NCBI GenBank assembly: GCA_964016885.1
Contig: OZ024753.1
Span: 20,770,001 to 20,834,000 of the forward strand
DNA: 64,000 nucleotides
Direction of reading: 5' to 3'
DNA from: Eledone cirrhosa
Lineage: Eukaryota
In this document: piece by piece, positions 1-10,833 of the stretch
Layout: the number at the start of each line of letters is the position of its first letter
Position numbering within the stretch: the stretch's first letter is position 1
Made by a program: the position numbers and the translations under genes
The notes under the pieces: generated by a model
Database searches by the model: none
The model's input: only the letters and a program-made list of their open reading frames with translations
What the model was told of the DNA's origin: nothing

Positions 1-859
1 TGTGTGTGTGGGGGTGGGGGTGGGGGGGGGGGGGGGGATGTGAAAGGTCTCACACTGCGACCTCTTCTTCGTCTTCTCCTTCTCCTTCTTCTTTGGTAAT
101 ACTTAAATTTTAAAATCAATGGACATTGCATGATTTCCTAAAGCTCTCCTTCCTGCAACGCGCACATGCATGTACAGATATGCACTCACACATATACACA
201 CATAAGCATAGTCACATACACACGAGCACACATAAATAAGCACACATACACATACATGCACAAGCATACATGCTTACATACACACAAGGACATGGACAAA
301 TACACACACACACACACACACGCATGCATATGGACACAGATATACACACACAAATACAGGATAGTGGATTGGTGGAATTGTTAATGTGTTGGTTGAGATG
401 TTTTGCTGTATTTGTTCCATTTATTTGTGGATTGTAGAATAGGCAGAAAGTGTGATGGGTGGGTGGTGAGTGGACAGTACAGAAAGTGGGGTGAGTGGGG
501 GTGAGTGGACAGCAGGAGAATCTTCAATGCAACAACTCCCATTAAGTGTTTTGGCCCTTGATTCCTCCTAACACTCTAAGGGATCCGGGGGCCACCTAGG
601 TGTCCTCCTGTTGTTTTTTCTCCCCCTCCAGAGGGTGATCTTGTTTCCCATTGGTAGAATTAACACTGCACATCTATTTAGCTGCTTTTTCTAGCATGTC
701 TTAGAAATATGTAGCGACTCCTTCTTTGGCATATCATAAGTGAGACTGAATCAACAAGATCTCAGACTTCATTTGCTTACCTAGTGGGGTGAAACTTGTC
801 AGATCAGACCAAGGAAACAATGCTTCCATTGCTCATTTCATTGCTTAAACTATCTACTG

Positions 860-990
860 GTCACAATTCCTGGAAGAAGGAGCAACATGAAATAAAGTGT
901 CTTACTCAAGGACATAACACCTCGCCCAGCTCAGAAATCGAACTCAAAAGCTCATGACTGTGAATCCAACTCTGTAACCATTAAGCCACT
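860..990 (-). mobile_element. tRNA-derived SINE (CORE-like family), head and body fragment
   Basis: Minus strand has A-box-like TGGCTTAATGG and B-box-like GTTCGATT, then GTCCTTGAGTAAGACACTTTATTTC. Homologous to copies at 13425, 25080 and 61775. Confidence 0.7.
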
Positions 991-1832
991 TCATTGACAT
1001 ATAAATCATGTTGATAAAGTTGGTACTAGAAGTGAAGTGACAGTAAAAGATGTTTTCTTCTCCAGTTGGTGATCTTGTCTCCTATTCCTGTGCTTGACAC
1101 CACTCAGCCAAAAAGTACCATCAGAAGAACTAACACTTTACATCTATTTAGATATTTTTTCTAGCATGTCATGAAAACACGTAGAGAGTCTCCTTCTTTG
1201 ACATATAAATCATGATGATAAAGTTGGTACTGGAACTGAAATGACATTTTTACTAAAAGGCATTGGAAATATGAAAACATTTTAGTATTTTTTCTTTTAA
1301 TGTTGTCATTACCAATCAGTTTGGAGAAATAAAAGATTGAAAATGATGAAGGATTACAAAATGTAGAATGTGAGTAGAAATATAAAACACAGATGTTGTT
1401 ATTTTTATTTTTTGGGGGTAGATTTTTGAGTTTCTTTTGTTTTCTTTCAGTTAAATTATCTTCAGTGAAAACAAAACTCCATATTCAAATAAGGATTAAT
1501 GCAGGAGTGAGATAGAGTGAACTGCTAATGAAATAAGATTTTGCAAAGATTTTTATGTGTTGTGCATGCAAAATTGTTCAGAAGTGATAAAGAGATATTT
1601 ATGATGGCACCAATACAAGATAGTGTATATATTTCTTTTCTTTTTGAGTTAAGGCAAAATTTTCTTTTTCTATAATTGCAAATGAATAATATGAAGTTAT
1701 CACTTTCATGTCAAGTACTTTAGAAATATGTAAATGTAGAAAACTTAGATCAATCAAAATGTAAACCTGAATCTCTAGAATCTTACACCTTGTCCTATGA
1801 TGTTCACCAGGAAATTATATTATTATTACTTG

Positions 1833-1950
1833 TAAGTTCAAATCCCACCAGGGTTAGCTTTGCCTGTTATCCTTACGAGATCGATAAAATAAAGTACCCA
1901 TCTCGCACTGAGGTAGATTTAACTGACTTTCCCCTCCTCCAAATTGCTAG
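1833..1950 (+). mobile_element. tRNA-SINE family 2, partial
   Basis: GTTCAAATCCCACC..GCTTTGCC..ATCCTTACG..TCGATAAAATAAAGTACC, shared with the copy at 2604. Confidence 0.7.
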
Positions 1951-2603
1951 CGTAGAAAGCTGATGTTGAAACGATGATGTTGATGATGATGATGTTGATG
2001 GCCTTTCAGAACATTCTGAGATTTTTGTATATTGAATAAATTGTAACTTCTCATTTGTGTTTGGTTTCCTTGAAGACCAAGAACAGTTTTTTGTTTTGTT
2101 CATGTTTTGTGGCTCTTTGTATTAGCTTTCATTTGTTTTTTATTAGGTAATTTTGTAGTCCTACAATAGTTATTTTATAAAAAAAAGTTGTTTTTGTCAG
2201 GGTAGCATTGCCCCGGATGATCAGAGATCATAAAACAAAAACTCTAAACTGCCTATATCACCAGACATAACCATGTCTGTCTGAAAACAAAATAACTAAA
2301 GAATGTAGATGAACCAATGGACTACATGCTGAGATTAACCACAGGCCAGTCTAAAACTAGAAAATTCTTCAAGACTAAGATAACCAATCAGAAAACTAAT
2401 ACATAAACTACTACAACTTAACATAGAGAAGATCCATATCCCGAACCACTTCACTACTGGATGGACATGCATGGCCACTGGCATATCACAATGATTGCAC
2501 ATCTGACAAAGTCACATGAATAACCATGTAACAGAAATATATATAATGCAATAAACAATTATGGGGATTTAATCCTGTCTTAACTACTATTATTTGATAA
2601 ATA

Positions 2604-2782
2604 AAGGCGGTGGATTGGCAGTATCGGTAGAGGGTCAGACGCCATGCTTTGAAGCATAGAGTTACCTACCTTTATGATCTGAGTTCAAATCCCGCCGAGG
2701 TTAACTTTGCCTTTCATCCTTACGGAGTCGATAAAATAAAGTACCAGTAATGCACTGGCCTTGTGCCAAAAGTAGAAACAAT
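2604..2782 (+). mobile_element. tRNA-SINE family 2, full length
   Basis: GGCGGTGGATTGGCAGTATCGGTAG head, B box GAGTTCAAATCCC, central GCCTTTCATCCTTACGGAGTCGATAAAATAAAGTACCAG. About ten related copies occur in the window. Confidence 0.85.
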
Positions 2783-2936
2783 TATTTGATAAATGAATAT
2801 TCCGTCACTCAATATCACCTACCTGGGATAAACTACTGATGTGTAGTACTTTGGATCGCTCGGACCGTCTTATCATCAGGAAGTTACAACGTAACAACTA
2901 AGATAAACAACACTCTTCTGCAACTATATATATATA

Positions 2937-3157
2937 TCATCATCATCATCATTTTACGTCTGCTTTTCCCTGCTTGCAAGGGTGGGACGAGTCCTATTCA
3001 GCACAGCATCTCTCCACTTCTCATGGTCCTTCGTCATCTCCTACGTGAACTTCAGCAATCTGAGGCCTGCTCTCACCACCTCCGCCCATGTTTTTCATGG
3101 TCTTCCTCTACTGCGTCTTCCTTCTACTGGCATTTCTTGGCACTTCTTTACCCAGCG
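2937..3157 (-). mobile_element. RTE LINE 3' fragment with (GAT)n tail
   Basis: Reverse complement of about 18135-18350. The tail abuts (TA)n. Confidence 0.85.
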
Positions 3158-3371
3158 GGTATATATATATAGTTTTAAAAAAATGACAAAATAGAGATAC
3201 AAGATGACTGATTAGTTTCACGCATAATATGGAAAAGGGAAAAGAAAGTTCAATGTGTCAGTCTTTAGCCCTTCTTCAGGAGTACAAAAAATAGAGAAAG
3301 GATCACAAAGGATAGACACAGAAAATAAAAGGAAGTAGGAAGCAGTAAAAAAAAAACCTAAAAACAAAACA

Positions 3372-3439
<68 letters not shown>

Positions 3440-3533
3440 GAAGTATTTCCGTCGGAAAGGTACAGCAAAAAAGAATGCTCTATGTAGGCTACAGAGTTTA
3501 TTAGTTATGTAATAAACAACATAACATAATTAT

Positions 3534-3595
3534 TTCATTTACCAGTGGTTTCTTGAAGGCAGATATTTATATCTGTCTTCAGTCATCAGAATGAA
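3534..3595 (-). ncRNA. Hammerhead ribozyme, type I minimal (family A)
   Basis: Minus strand: ttcatt CTGATGA c tgaagacagata..tatctgccttca a GAAA CC act GG TA aatgaa. Stems I, II and III pair, and the cleavage triplet is GUA. Confidence 0.75.
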
Positions 3596-4114
3596 TAAAT
3601 AACATGATGTTTTTATTAAATATGGATTTGAAAACAAAATTTAGGAAATATAAAAGTAAGGCTGAAAAAACGAGCAAAAAGGAATAAGGGAGAAAAATAT
3701 ATAAAGAAATATCCAGAACAAAAACATACACACACTCAACCACGCGCTTATACGTAATAGTACGTAGACGCATACTTTCTCACATAAGCGTAATTGCGTC
3801 TACATGGAAATACGAACAGACACATAAATACATACACACAAATATACATATATATATATGCACTCATATATGCACCCACAAACACACACTCACATATATA
3901 AAAATGTATACACACACATACAAACACAAAACCTCTATACATACGCGCACGTATATATACACACACACACACATATATATATATACACACACATAAACAC
4001 ATACATATTCATACACACATACATATACATGCATGCATACACAATGCATACATATACATGTATGCATGCATGTATATGTATGTGTGTATGGACCTGTATG
4101 TGTTTATGTGTGTG

Positions 4115-4147
<33 letters not shown>

Positions 4148-4476
4148 ATATATATGTGTGTGTATGTATAGAGCCTCTTGTGTTTGTATGTGTGTATGTG
4201 TGTGTATACATTTTTATATATGGGTGCATATATATATGTGTATATGTGTGTGTATGTATTTATGTGTCTGTTCGTATTTCCATGTAGACGCAAATACGCT
4301 TATGTGAGAAAGTATACGTCTACGTACTATTACATATATGCGCGTGGTTGAGTGTGTGTATGTTTATGATCTGGATATTTATTTATATATTTTTTGCCCG
4401 TTTTTTTCAGCCTCATTTTCATATTGCCTAAATTTTGTTTTCAAATCCATATTTAATAAAAACACCATGTTGTTTA

Positions 4477-4537
4477 TTCATTCTGACGACTGAAGACAGA
4501 CATAAAATCTGCCTTCAAGAAACCACTGGTAAATGAA
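4477..4537 (+). ncRNA. Hammerhead ribozyme, type I minimal (family A)
   Basis: ttcatt CTGACGA (4483-4489), stem II tgaagacaga/tctgccttca, GAAA (4519-4522), stem III ACC-act-GGT, GUA at 4529-4531, stem I partner aatgaa. Confidence 0.75.
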
Positions 4538-4595
4538 ATAATTATCTTATGTTGTTTATTACATAAATAAATAAATAAATAAATATATAAATAAC

Positions 4596-4628
<33 letters not shown>

Positions 4629-4658
4629 AGATCAAAAGATGGTTAAAAGAGTTCCATG

Positions 4659-4729
4659 TATTTTATTATGCGCATTTCAAAAACAAATATCATCATGCAA
4701 TAATATTTGTGTTTTCATCAGATAAAATA
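4659..4729 (-). ncRNA. Hammerhead ribozyme (family B), inverted-arm copy
   Basis: Reverse complement of 9341-9411. Confidence 0.8.
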
Positions 4730-5573
4730 GGAAGACATGATATGAAGGTTAAAAAACACTTGTGAATAGTGCAGTTTTAAATCAACATATGAAAAGTAGT
4801 TTTAGATTGATGTGTGATATTTTTTAAAAAAATTTGTTGAGGGGGGGGGGGGATGAAAAAGAGGAGGAGATGAGAGTAAAAAGTGGAGGGGGAGGAGTAT
4901 AATGTGGAAGGATGAGATAGGACGAGAGATGGGTGATAGAGAGAGAGAGATAGCATTTATAACTGAGAAAAATATATTGTTTTACATAGAGAGGTTGAAA
5001 AACCATTGGAAGATAATGTATGAATTAAAAGAATTTGAAAATTAACGAAGAGAAAAATAATGTAAAGTTAAGGTTTGTATATTGAAGGGTTTAATAATAT
5101 GTGCGATGAAAAGAAAATGTTAATATGTATTAAGAATAATATTTAAGGGTTTAATAATATGTGCGATGGAAAGAAAATGTTAATATGTATTAAGAATAAT
5201 ATTTAAGGGTTTAATAATATGTACGATGGAAAGAAAATGTTGATATGTATTATTAAAGAAAACAAAAGTAATGTAAGTAAGGATATATTGTGAGATGAGC
5301 ATGAATAAGTTAGATGAAAGTGAGAAAAAAATGAATTGAGGATGAATAATCTAACGTCAAAAAAATGTGTTTATGTTTACGAAGGATTTTTTCAAGGTGA
5401 TATAAAGTAAGAATATATTGTATTGTGTAATAATTGTTTCTATGTTAGGCACAGTGAGAAAAGGTACAGATTAGGGGTTAGAAATTAAAAGAAAAGGAAA
5501 GAAAAGGAAAAGGAAGAAAGGGAAGTGATAAATAGGAGTGATATAGAATGAGTAACAAGTATTATATAATGTA

Positions 5574-6432
5574 CTAGCAGTAAAGCCCGGCGTTGCTCGG
5601 GGTCGCTCAGTAGCTGTGTTAAAGTTACAATGTTAAGTTTCTTTTTTGGCTTAAAAACTGTAGTGTCTACTGTGCAGACTTGCATGTAGTGTTTTTGATT
5701 AATATTCCCTCAACCAACAATATGCCTTATGAAGTTAAGAAAACATAACGATAACCCGAATGTTATAACAAAAGAGGATGCTGGGGATAAAAACTGCACT
5801 GGTCATTTATTAACAAAGATCGAAAATGTAAACACTGCAACGCAGAGAAAAACATTAGCGTAACCAAATTATCAGTTATGTCTGTCTGCACGCCTATATC
5901 ACCTCTCTGCACGACTGTCTGTCTGCACGCCTATATCACCTCTATGCACGACTGTCTGTCTGCACGCCTATATCACCTCTCTGCACGACTGTCTGTCTGC
6001 ACGCCTAACGACGAAATATTTGCTGGTTTTACGTAGTCTTTAAATAGACTTGTTTTCAAGTAAAAATATTGTTTTAAAATGCTTTTAAATGGAAATGAAG
6101 CAAAACGGAAGCTTAGTGTTCGAACTGATGAATTTTGCAGGTCAATATTTTGCTGGCTCGACAACTGTTAAAGCCAGCGTAATTTTTTACGTAAGACGCT
6201 CAATGTAAACAGAACAAAGGGAAATAACTGATAACTTACGCTCAAAAATCGATACATTATATTCGATTTCGTCACATAGGGTGGGTCAATTTGAAATTTT
6301 TTTTCCGATGTCTTCGCTAGGGCTCAATGTACAAGTATAGCAATTTCGGTGCAATTCTGTGAGAGATTCTAAGAGGAGATGTGTGCCAAAAATCGATAGA
6401 CAGACAGACAACCACAGTTTTATATATATAGA
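5574..6432 (-). mobile_element. Non-autonomous Helitron
   Basis: Minus strand starts TC and ends with hairpin CCCGAGCAACGCCGGG followed by CTAG. Inserted between A and T with no TSD. The empty site is visible at about 8545-8555. Internal CTGCACG repeats. Confidence 0.9.
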
Positions 6433-7070
6433 TAATAAATAACTTTGAAATAAGGTAGAAAGATGGGTATTTTTTTAAAGAAGTATATATATATGTGCCT
6501 TTGAGAAAAGGATTCTAAATTGATAAAGTATTGGATATTAGCTGTATACTTTATGGAATGTTCTGTGGAATTTATGCAAGCAGAGAGAAAACAAGTCAGT
6601 GCGTCTATTTATTATAGAATCTAAATTAGATATAATGGTAAATTTTTCATTTAGACAGAGATTGCAAGTCTTGGATAGAGAACTGTTCAAGTATGGAGAA
6701 GCAGAAGAAACCTTTTTCCAAGAGATGTTATATTTAATATTTTTGTCTTTCAAGGACCATATGAGTTCTGAGAGAGCTGTGTTGGTTCTTTTAAGTTGGT
6801 ATTTAAAAGACGAATGATGATTATAAAGACGAGCTTTAAAGGAGGTGGAAATGGAGCCAAAATAGGTGAAGGAATTGGTGTCAGTTATAACTTTACATTC
6901 GTAGATTAAGTTTTTATCAAGACAATGGTTGTTGAGAGGACATTTATTTTTAACAGGGCAATTGCAATTGCGATTAGAGAGATTATTAACGAGTAACCTA
7001 GTGTTATCTATAGAAGGAATTGGATTGGAGAAGTTATTTGCGATAGGAATAATAGTTTCTTGATTTAGAA

Positions 7071-7650
7071 TTCAACAATGAATATTGGACCAGAGCTGAT
7101 ACCTCTAACAACTTCGACATCACAATGGGAGCATCCGATTCATCCCAATTGACAGATTTAATTGGTATCCTTATTTTGAACTCTTTGAGTCGGAAAATTC
7201 CTCAACTTCGCGGTGGAATTTATCGTGACGATGGACTCTTTACTATCTTAAATTGCAACATACTTAACCTTAATATTATTAAGAACAATATACGTAATCT
7301 CTTTAACCAACATAACTTAAAAATTGAATTTGATAACAGCATCAAACTAGCTAATTTCTTGGATGTATCTCTTAATCTTGACACTGGCCTATATTAACCT
7401 TACCATAAAAACAATGAGAACCTAAATTATGTTAATTTTAGATCTAACCACCCCACTAATATTAAGAATGCTATAGTTAGTAATATTGGAAAAAGAATAT
7501 CTAACCTATCTTCTAATAAAAATATCTTTGATGCTAACGCCAATTACTATAATAACGCGCTTTCTAAAACCAGCTATCTTGATAAAATCAAATATAGTAA
7601 AGAAACAAATTCTAGAAGATCTTACAGTAGAATAATTAATCATGATCAAT
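7071..7650 (+). pseudogene. Penelope-like reverse transcriptase, C-terminal half, with in-frame stop
   Basis: FDITMGASDSSQLTDLIG...GGIYRDDGL...NFLDVSLNLDTGLY*PYHK..NYVNFRSNHP. Confidence 0.85.
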
Positions 7651-7999
7651 AAATAAAATAAATTAAAATAAATTAAAATAAATTAAAATATTTAACAAAC
7701 ACACTATAAAATTTTCCTATTCGACATCCTCCAGCATTTCCAACATTATCTCTAAACACAACAATAAAATACTAAATCTCTTCCTTCCAACACTGAATAT
7801 CATAATAATAGTAATAGTACTCCCGACGTCATTGTAAACTCTAGGCTAATTTCTGCAAACCCAAATACAACGTCAAACACAACTTCGCTAAATGTTCTTA
7901 ATCCCATTCTAAATCAAGAAACTATTATTCCTATCGCAAATAACTTCTCCAATCCAATTCCTTCTATAGATAACACTAGGTCACTCGTTAATAATCTCT

Positions 8000-8439
8000 C
8001 TAATCGCAATTGCAATTGCCCTGTTAAAAATAAATGTCCTCTCAACAACCATTGTCTTGATAAAAACTTAATCTACGAATGTAAAGTTATAACTGACACC
8101 AATTCCTTCACCTATTTTGGCTCCACTTCCACCTCCTTTAAAGCTCGTCTTTATAATCATCATTCGTCTTTTAAATACCAACTTAAAAGAACCAACACAG
8201 CTCTCTCAGAACTCATATGGTCCTTGAAAGACAAAAATATTAAATATAACATCTCTTGGAAAAAGGTTTCTTCTGCTTCTCCATACTTGAACAGTTCTCT
8301 ATCCAAGACTTGCAATCTCTGTCTAAATGAAAAATTTACCATTATATCTAATTTAGATTCTATAATAAATAGACGCACTGACTTGTTTTCTCTCTGCTTG
8401 CATAAATTCCACAGAACATTCCATAAAGTATACAGCTAA
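8000..8439 (+). pseudogene. GIY-YIG endonuclease of the Penelope-like element
   Basis: CNCPVKNKCPLNNHCLDKNLIYECKV..TYFGSTSTSFKARLYNHHSSF..ALSELIWSLK..CNLCLNEK..CLH. Confidence 0.85.
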
Positions 8440-9340
8440 TATCCAATACTTTATCAATTTAGAATCCTTTTCTCAAAGGCACATATATATATATATACTT
8501 CTTTAAAAATATACCCATCTTTCTACCTTATTTCAAAGTTATTTATTATACATTATATAATACTTGTTACTCATTCTATATCACTCCTATTTATCACTTC
8601 CCTTTCTTCCTTTTCCTTTTCTTTCCTTTTCTTTTAATTTCTAACCCCTAATCTGTACCTTTTCTCACTGTGCCTAACATAGAAACAATTATTACACAAT
8701 ACAATATATTCTTACTTTATATCACCTTGAAAAAATCCTTCGTAAACATAAACACATTTTTTTGACGTTAGATTATTCATCCTCAATTCATTTTTTTCTC
8801 ACTTTCATCTAACTTATTCATGCTCATCTCACAATATATCCTTACTTACATTACTTTTGTTTTCTTTAGTAATACATATCAACATTTTCTTTCCATCGTA
8901 CATATTATTAAACCCTTAAATATTATTCTTAATACATATTAACATTTTCTTTTCATCGCACATATTATTAAACCCTTCAATATACAAACCTTAACTTTAC
9001 ATTATTTTTCTCTTCGTTAATTTTCAAATTCTTTTAATTCATACATTATCTTCCAATGGTTTTTCAACCTCTCTATGTAAAACAATATATTTTTCTCAGT
9101 TATAAAAGCTATCTCTCTCTCTCTATCACCCATCTCTCCTCCTATCTCATCCTTCCACATTATACTCCTCCCCCTCCACTTTTTACTCTCATCTCCTCCT
9201 AGTTTTCATCCTTTCCACCCACCCCCCCTCAAAAAATTTTTTTTTCAAAATATCACACATCAATCTAAAACTACTTTTCATATGTTGATTTAAAACTGCA
9301 CTATTCACAAGTGTTTTTTAACCTTCATATCATATCTTCC

Positions 9341-9411
9341 TATTTTATCTGATGAAAACACAAATATTATTGCATGATGATATTTGTTTTTGAAATGCGC
9401 ATAATAAAATA
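9341..9411 (+). ncRNA. Hammerhead ribozyme, type I minimal (family B), in the Penelope 3' end
   Basis: tattttat CTGATGA (9349-9355), long stem II, GAAA (9392-9395), palindromic stem III ATGCGCAT, AUA cleavage triplet, 8-bp stem I partner ataaaata. Confidence 0.85.
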
Positions 9412-9532
9412 CATGGAACTCTTTTAACCATCTTTTGATCTTATATATTATGTATACTCCAGTCCTACAAACTGTAGAGTGCTTCTTATCCGATATCTGC
9501 ATTGCTTTATTGTACTACAATAAAACTCACCT

Positions 9533-9569
<37 letters not shown>

Positions 9570-9647
9570 GTGTATAGTGGGAGCTATGGTGCTTCCATAG
9601 GCGGTATGCCAAAATTAGCACTCGATATTCGTCAGAGTAGAGTGTAG

Positions 9648-9900
9648 ATATTATAAAGAAAACGAAAAATCAGTGATGCATCTGGGGTGTTATCATCAAA
9701 AAACACCCTTGAGGGTGTTTTTTTATGATAACACCCCAGTGATAAAATTTGCTCCGGACGAAACACCCGTGTCTGAAAGAACCCGCAGAAGTAGAATCAG
9801 CCAGATCCATACAAGGATCATGACTCGAGCTACATGCCGGCGAAACATCTGTAACACAAAATAAACTAAGTCTAGATGCATCACTGATTTTTCGTTTTCT

Positions 9901-9910
<10 letters not shown>
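9648..9910. repeat. Small element with terminal inverted repeats and an internal hairpin
   Basis: ttataaagaaaacgaaaaatcagtgatgcatct at the left is inverted at about 9874-9906. Near-perfect hairpin at 9682-9739. Confidence 0.7.
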
Positions 9911-9963
<53 letters not shown>

Positions 9964-10833
9964 ACAGTCAGGACCCCGACGGCTGAGCTCCGGCCATTTC
10001 AACAGCTAGATCTGAACTAAACCAGTAGTTATTGGTTTGTTTTTGTCTATTAGTTAAAAAACAACAATATATATATATATTGTGGTGCCACCCTTGCAAA
10101 CAGGGAAGAGCGGACGTAAAATGATGATGATGTTGTTTTTTAACTAATAGACAAAAAGAAACAAATAACTTTTGCTTAAAATTTCAGTTCTAAATTCTAA
10201 CAGAAACTGAGGTGAAGTCTGTTAAAAAAAGATTGTTTGAAAGATAATATTTAAATTGAATAGATAATTGTGTCTGCCCTCCCCAAATAGCAAGATTTTA
10301 TTTATTTTTTCCTTTACTTTATAGAATACATTAAAATGCAAATTAATTGACGGAAGATAAGAATGCGCCACTGACATTTACCAACATTTAAATATCTTTT
10401 TATTCTTATTTTTAATGGGCTTTTTTATTTCCATTTATTTTTGTTAGAATTTTTATTTTTTGTATATGTTACATACATATGATGTATATACATACATACA
10501 TACATACATACATATGATGTATATACATACATACATACATATGATATATGCACACATATGATATATATATATATAGTAATAATAATAAAATTGAAGACTA
10601 AAATCCAAAGAGGGCTCGATAAGGAAAATATATATCAAATATATAAGAACCGTAGAGCAAATATTTATTAAAATAACAGATTAAAGTTTAAGCAAAGAAT
10701 CGCTGCTTTCACCCTTAACGGGATCTTCTGAAACTAACAAAGTCAATCTGTAAACGCAGAAGTGGATATTTCAAAAAACGTTGCAACCGGAGATATTATG
10801 ATATATGCACACATGATATATATATATATATAT

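Larger units (their letters stand above)
3506..4566. repeat. ~1.06-kb non-coding palindrome (fold-back), probable Penelope 3'-end derivative
   Basis: 3506-4041 is the imperfect reverse complement of 4059-4566, flanked by (TA)n. Each arm carries a hammerhead fold. Confidence 0.85.
4621..9535 (+). mobile_element. Penelope-like element (Naiad-type): 5'-truncated body 7070-9535 preceded by an inverted copy of its 3' end (4621-7071)
   Basis: RT motifs MGASDS and YRDDG, and a GIY-YIG domain with CNCx5Cx5C. 4621-7071 minus the Helitron is the reverse complement of about 7906-9449. The ORF track shows identical peptides on opposite strands (6538-6753 and 8224-8439). Confidence 0.9.
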
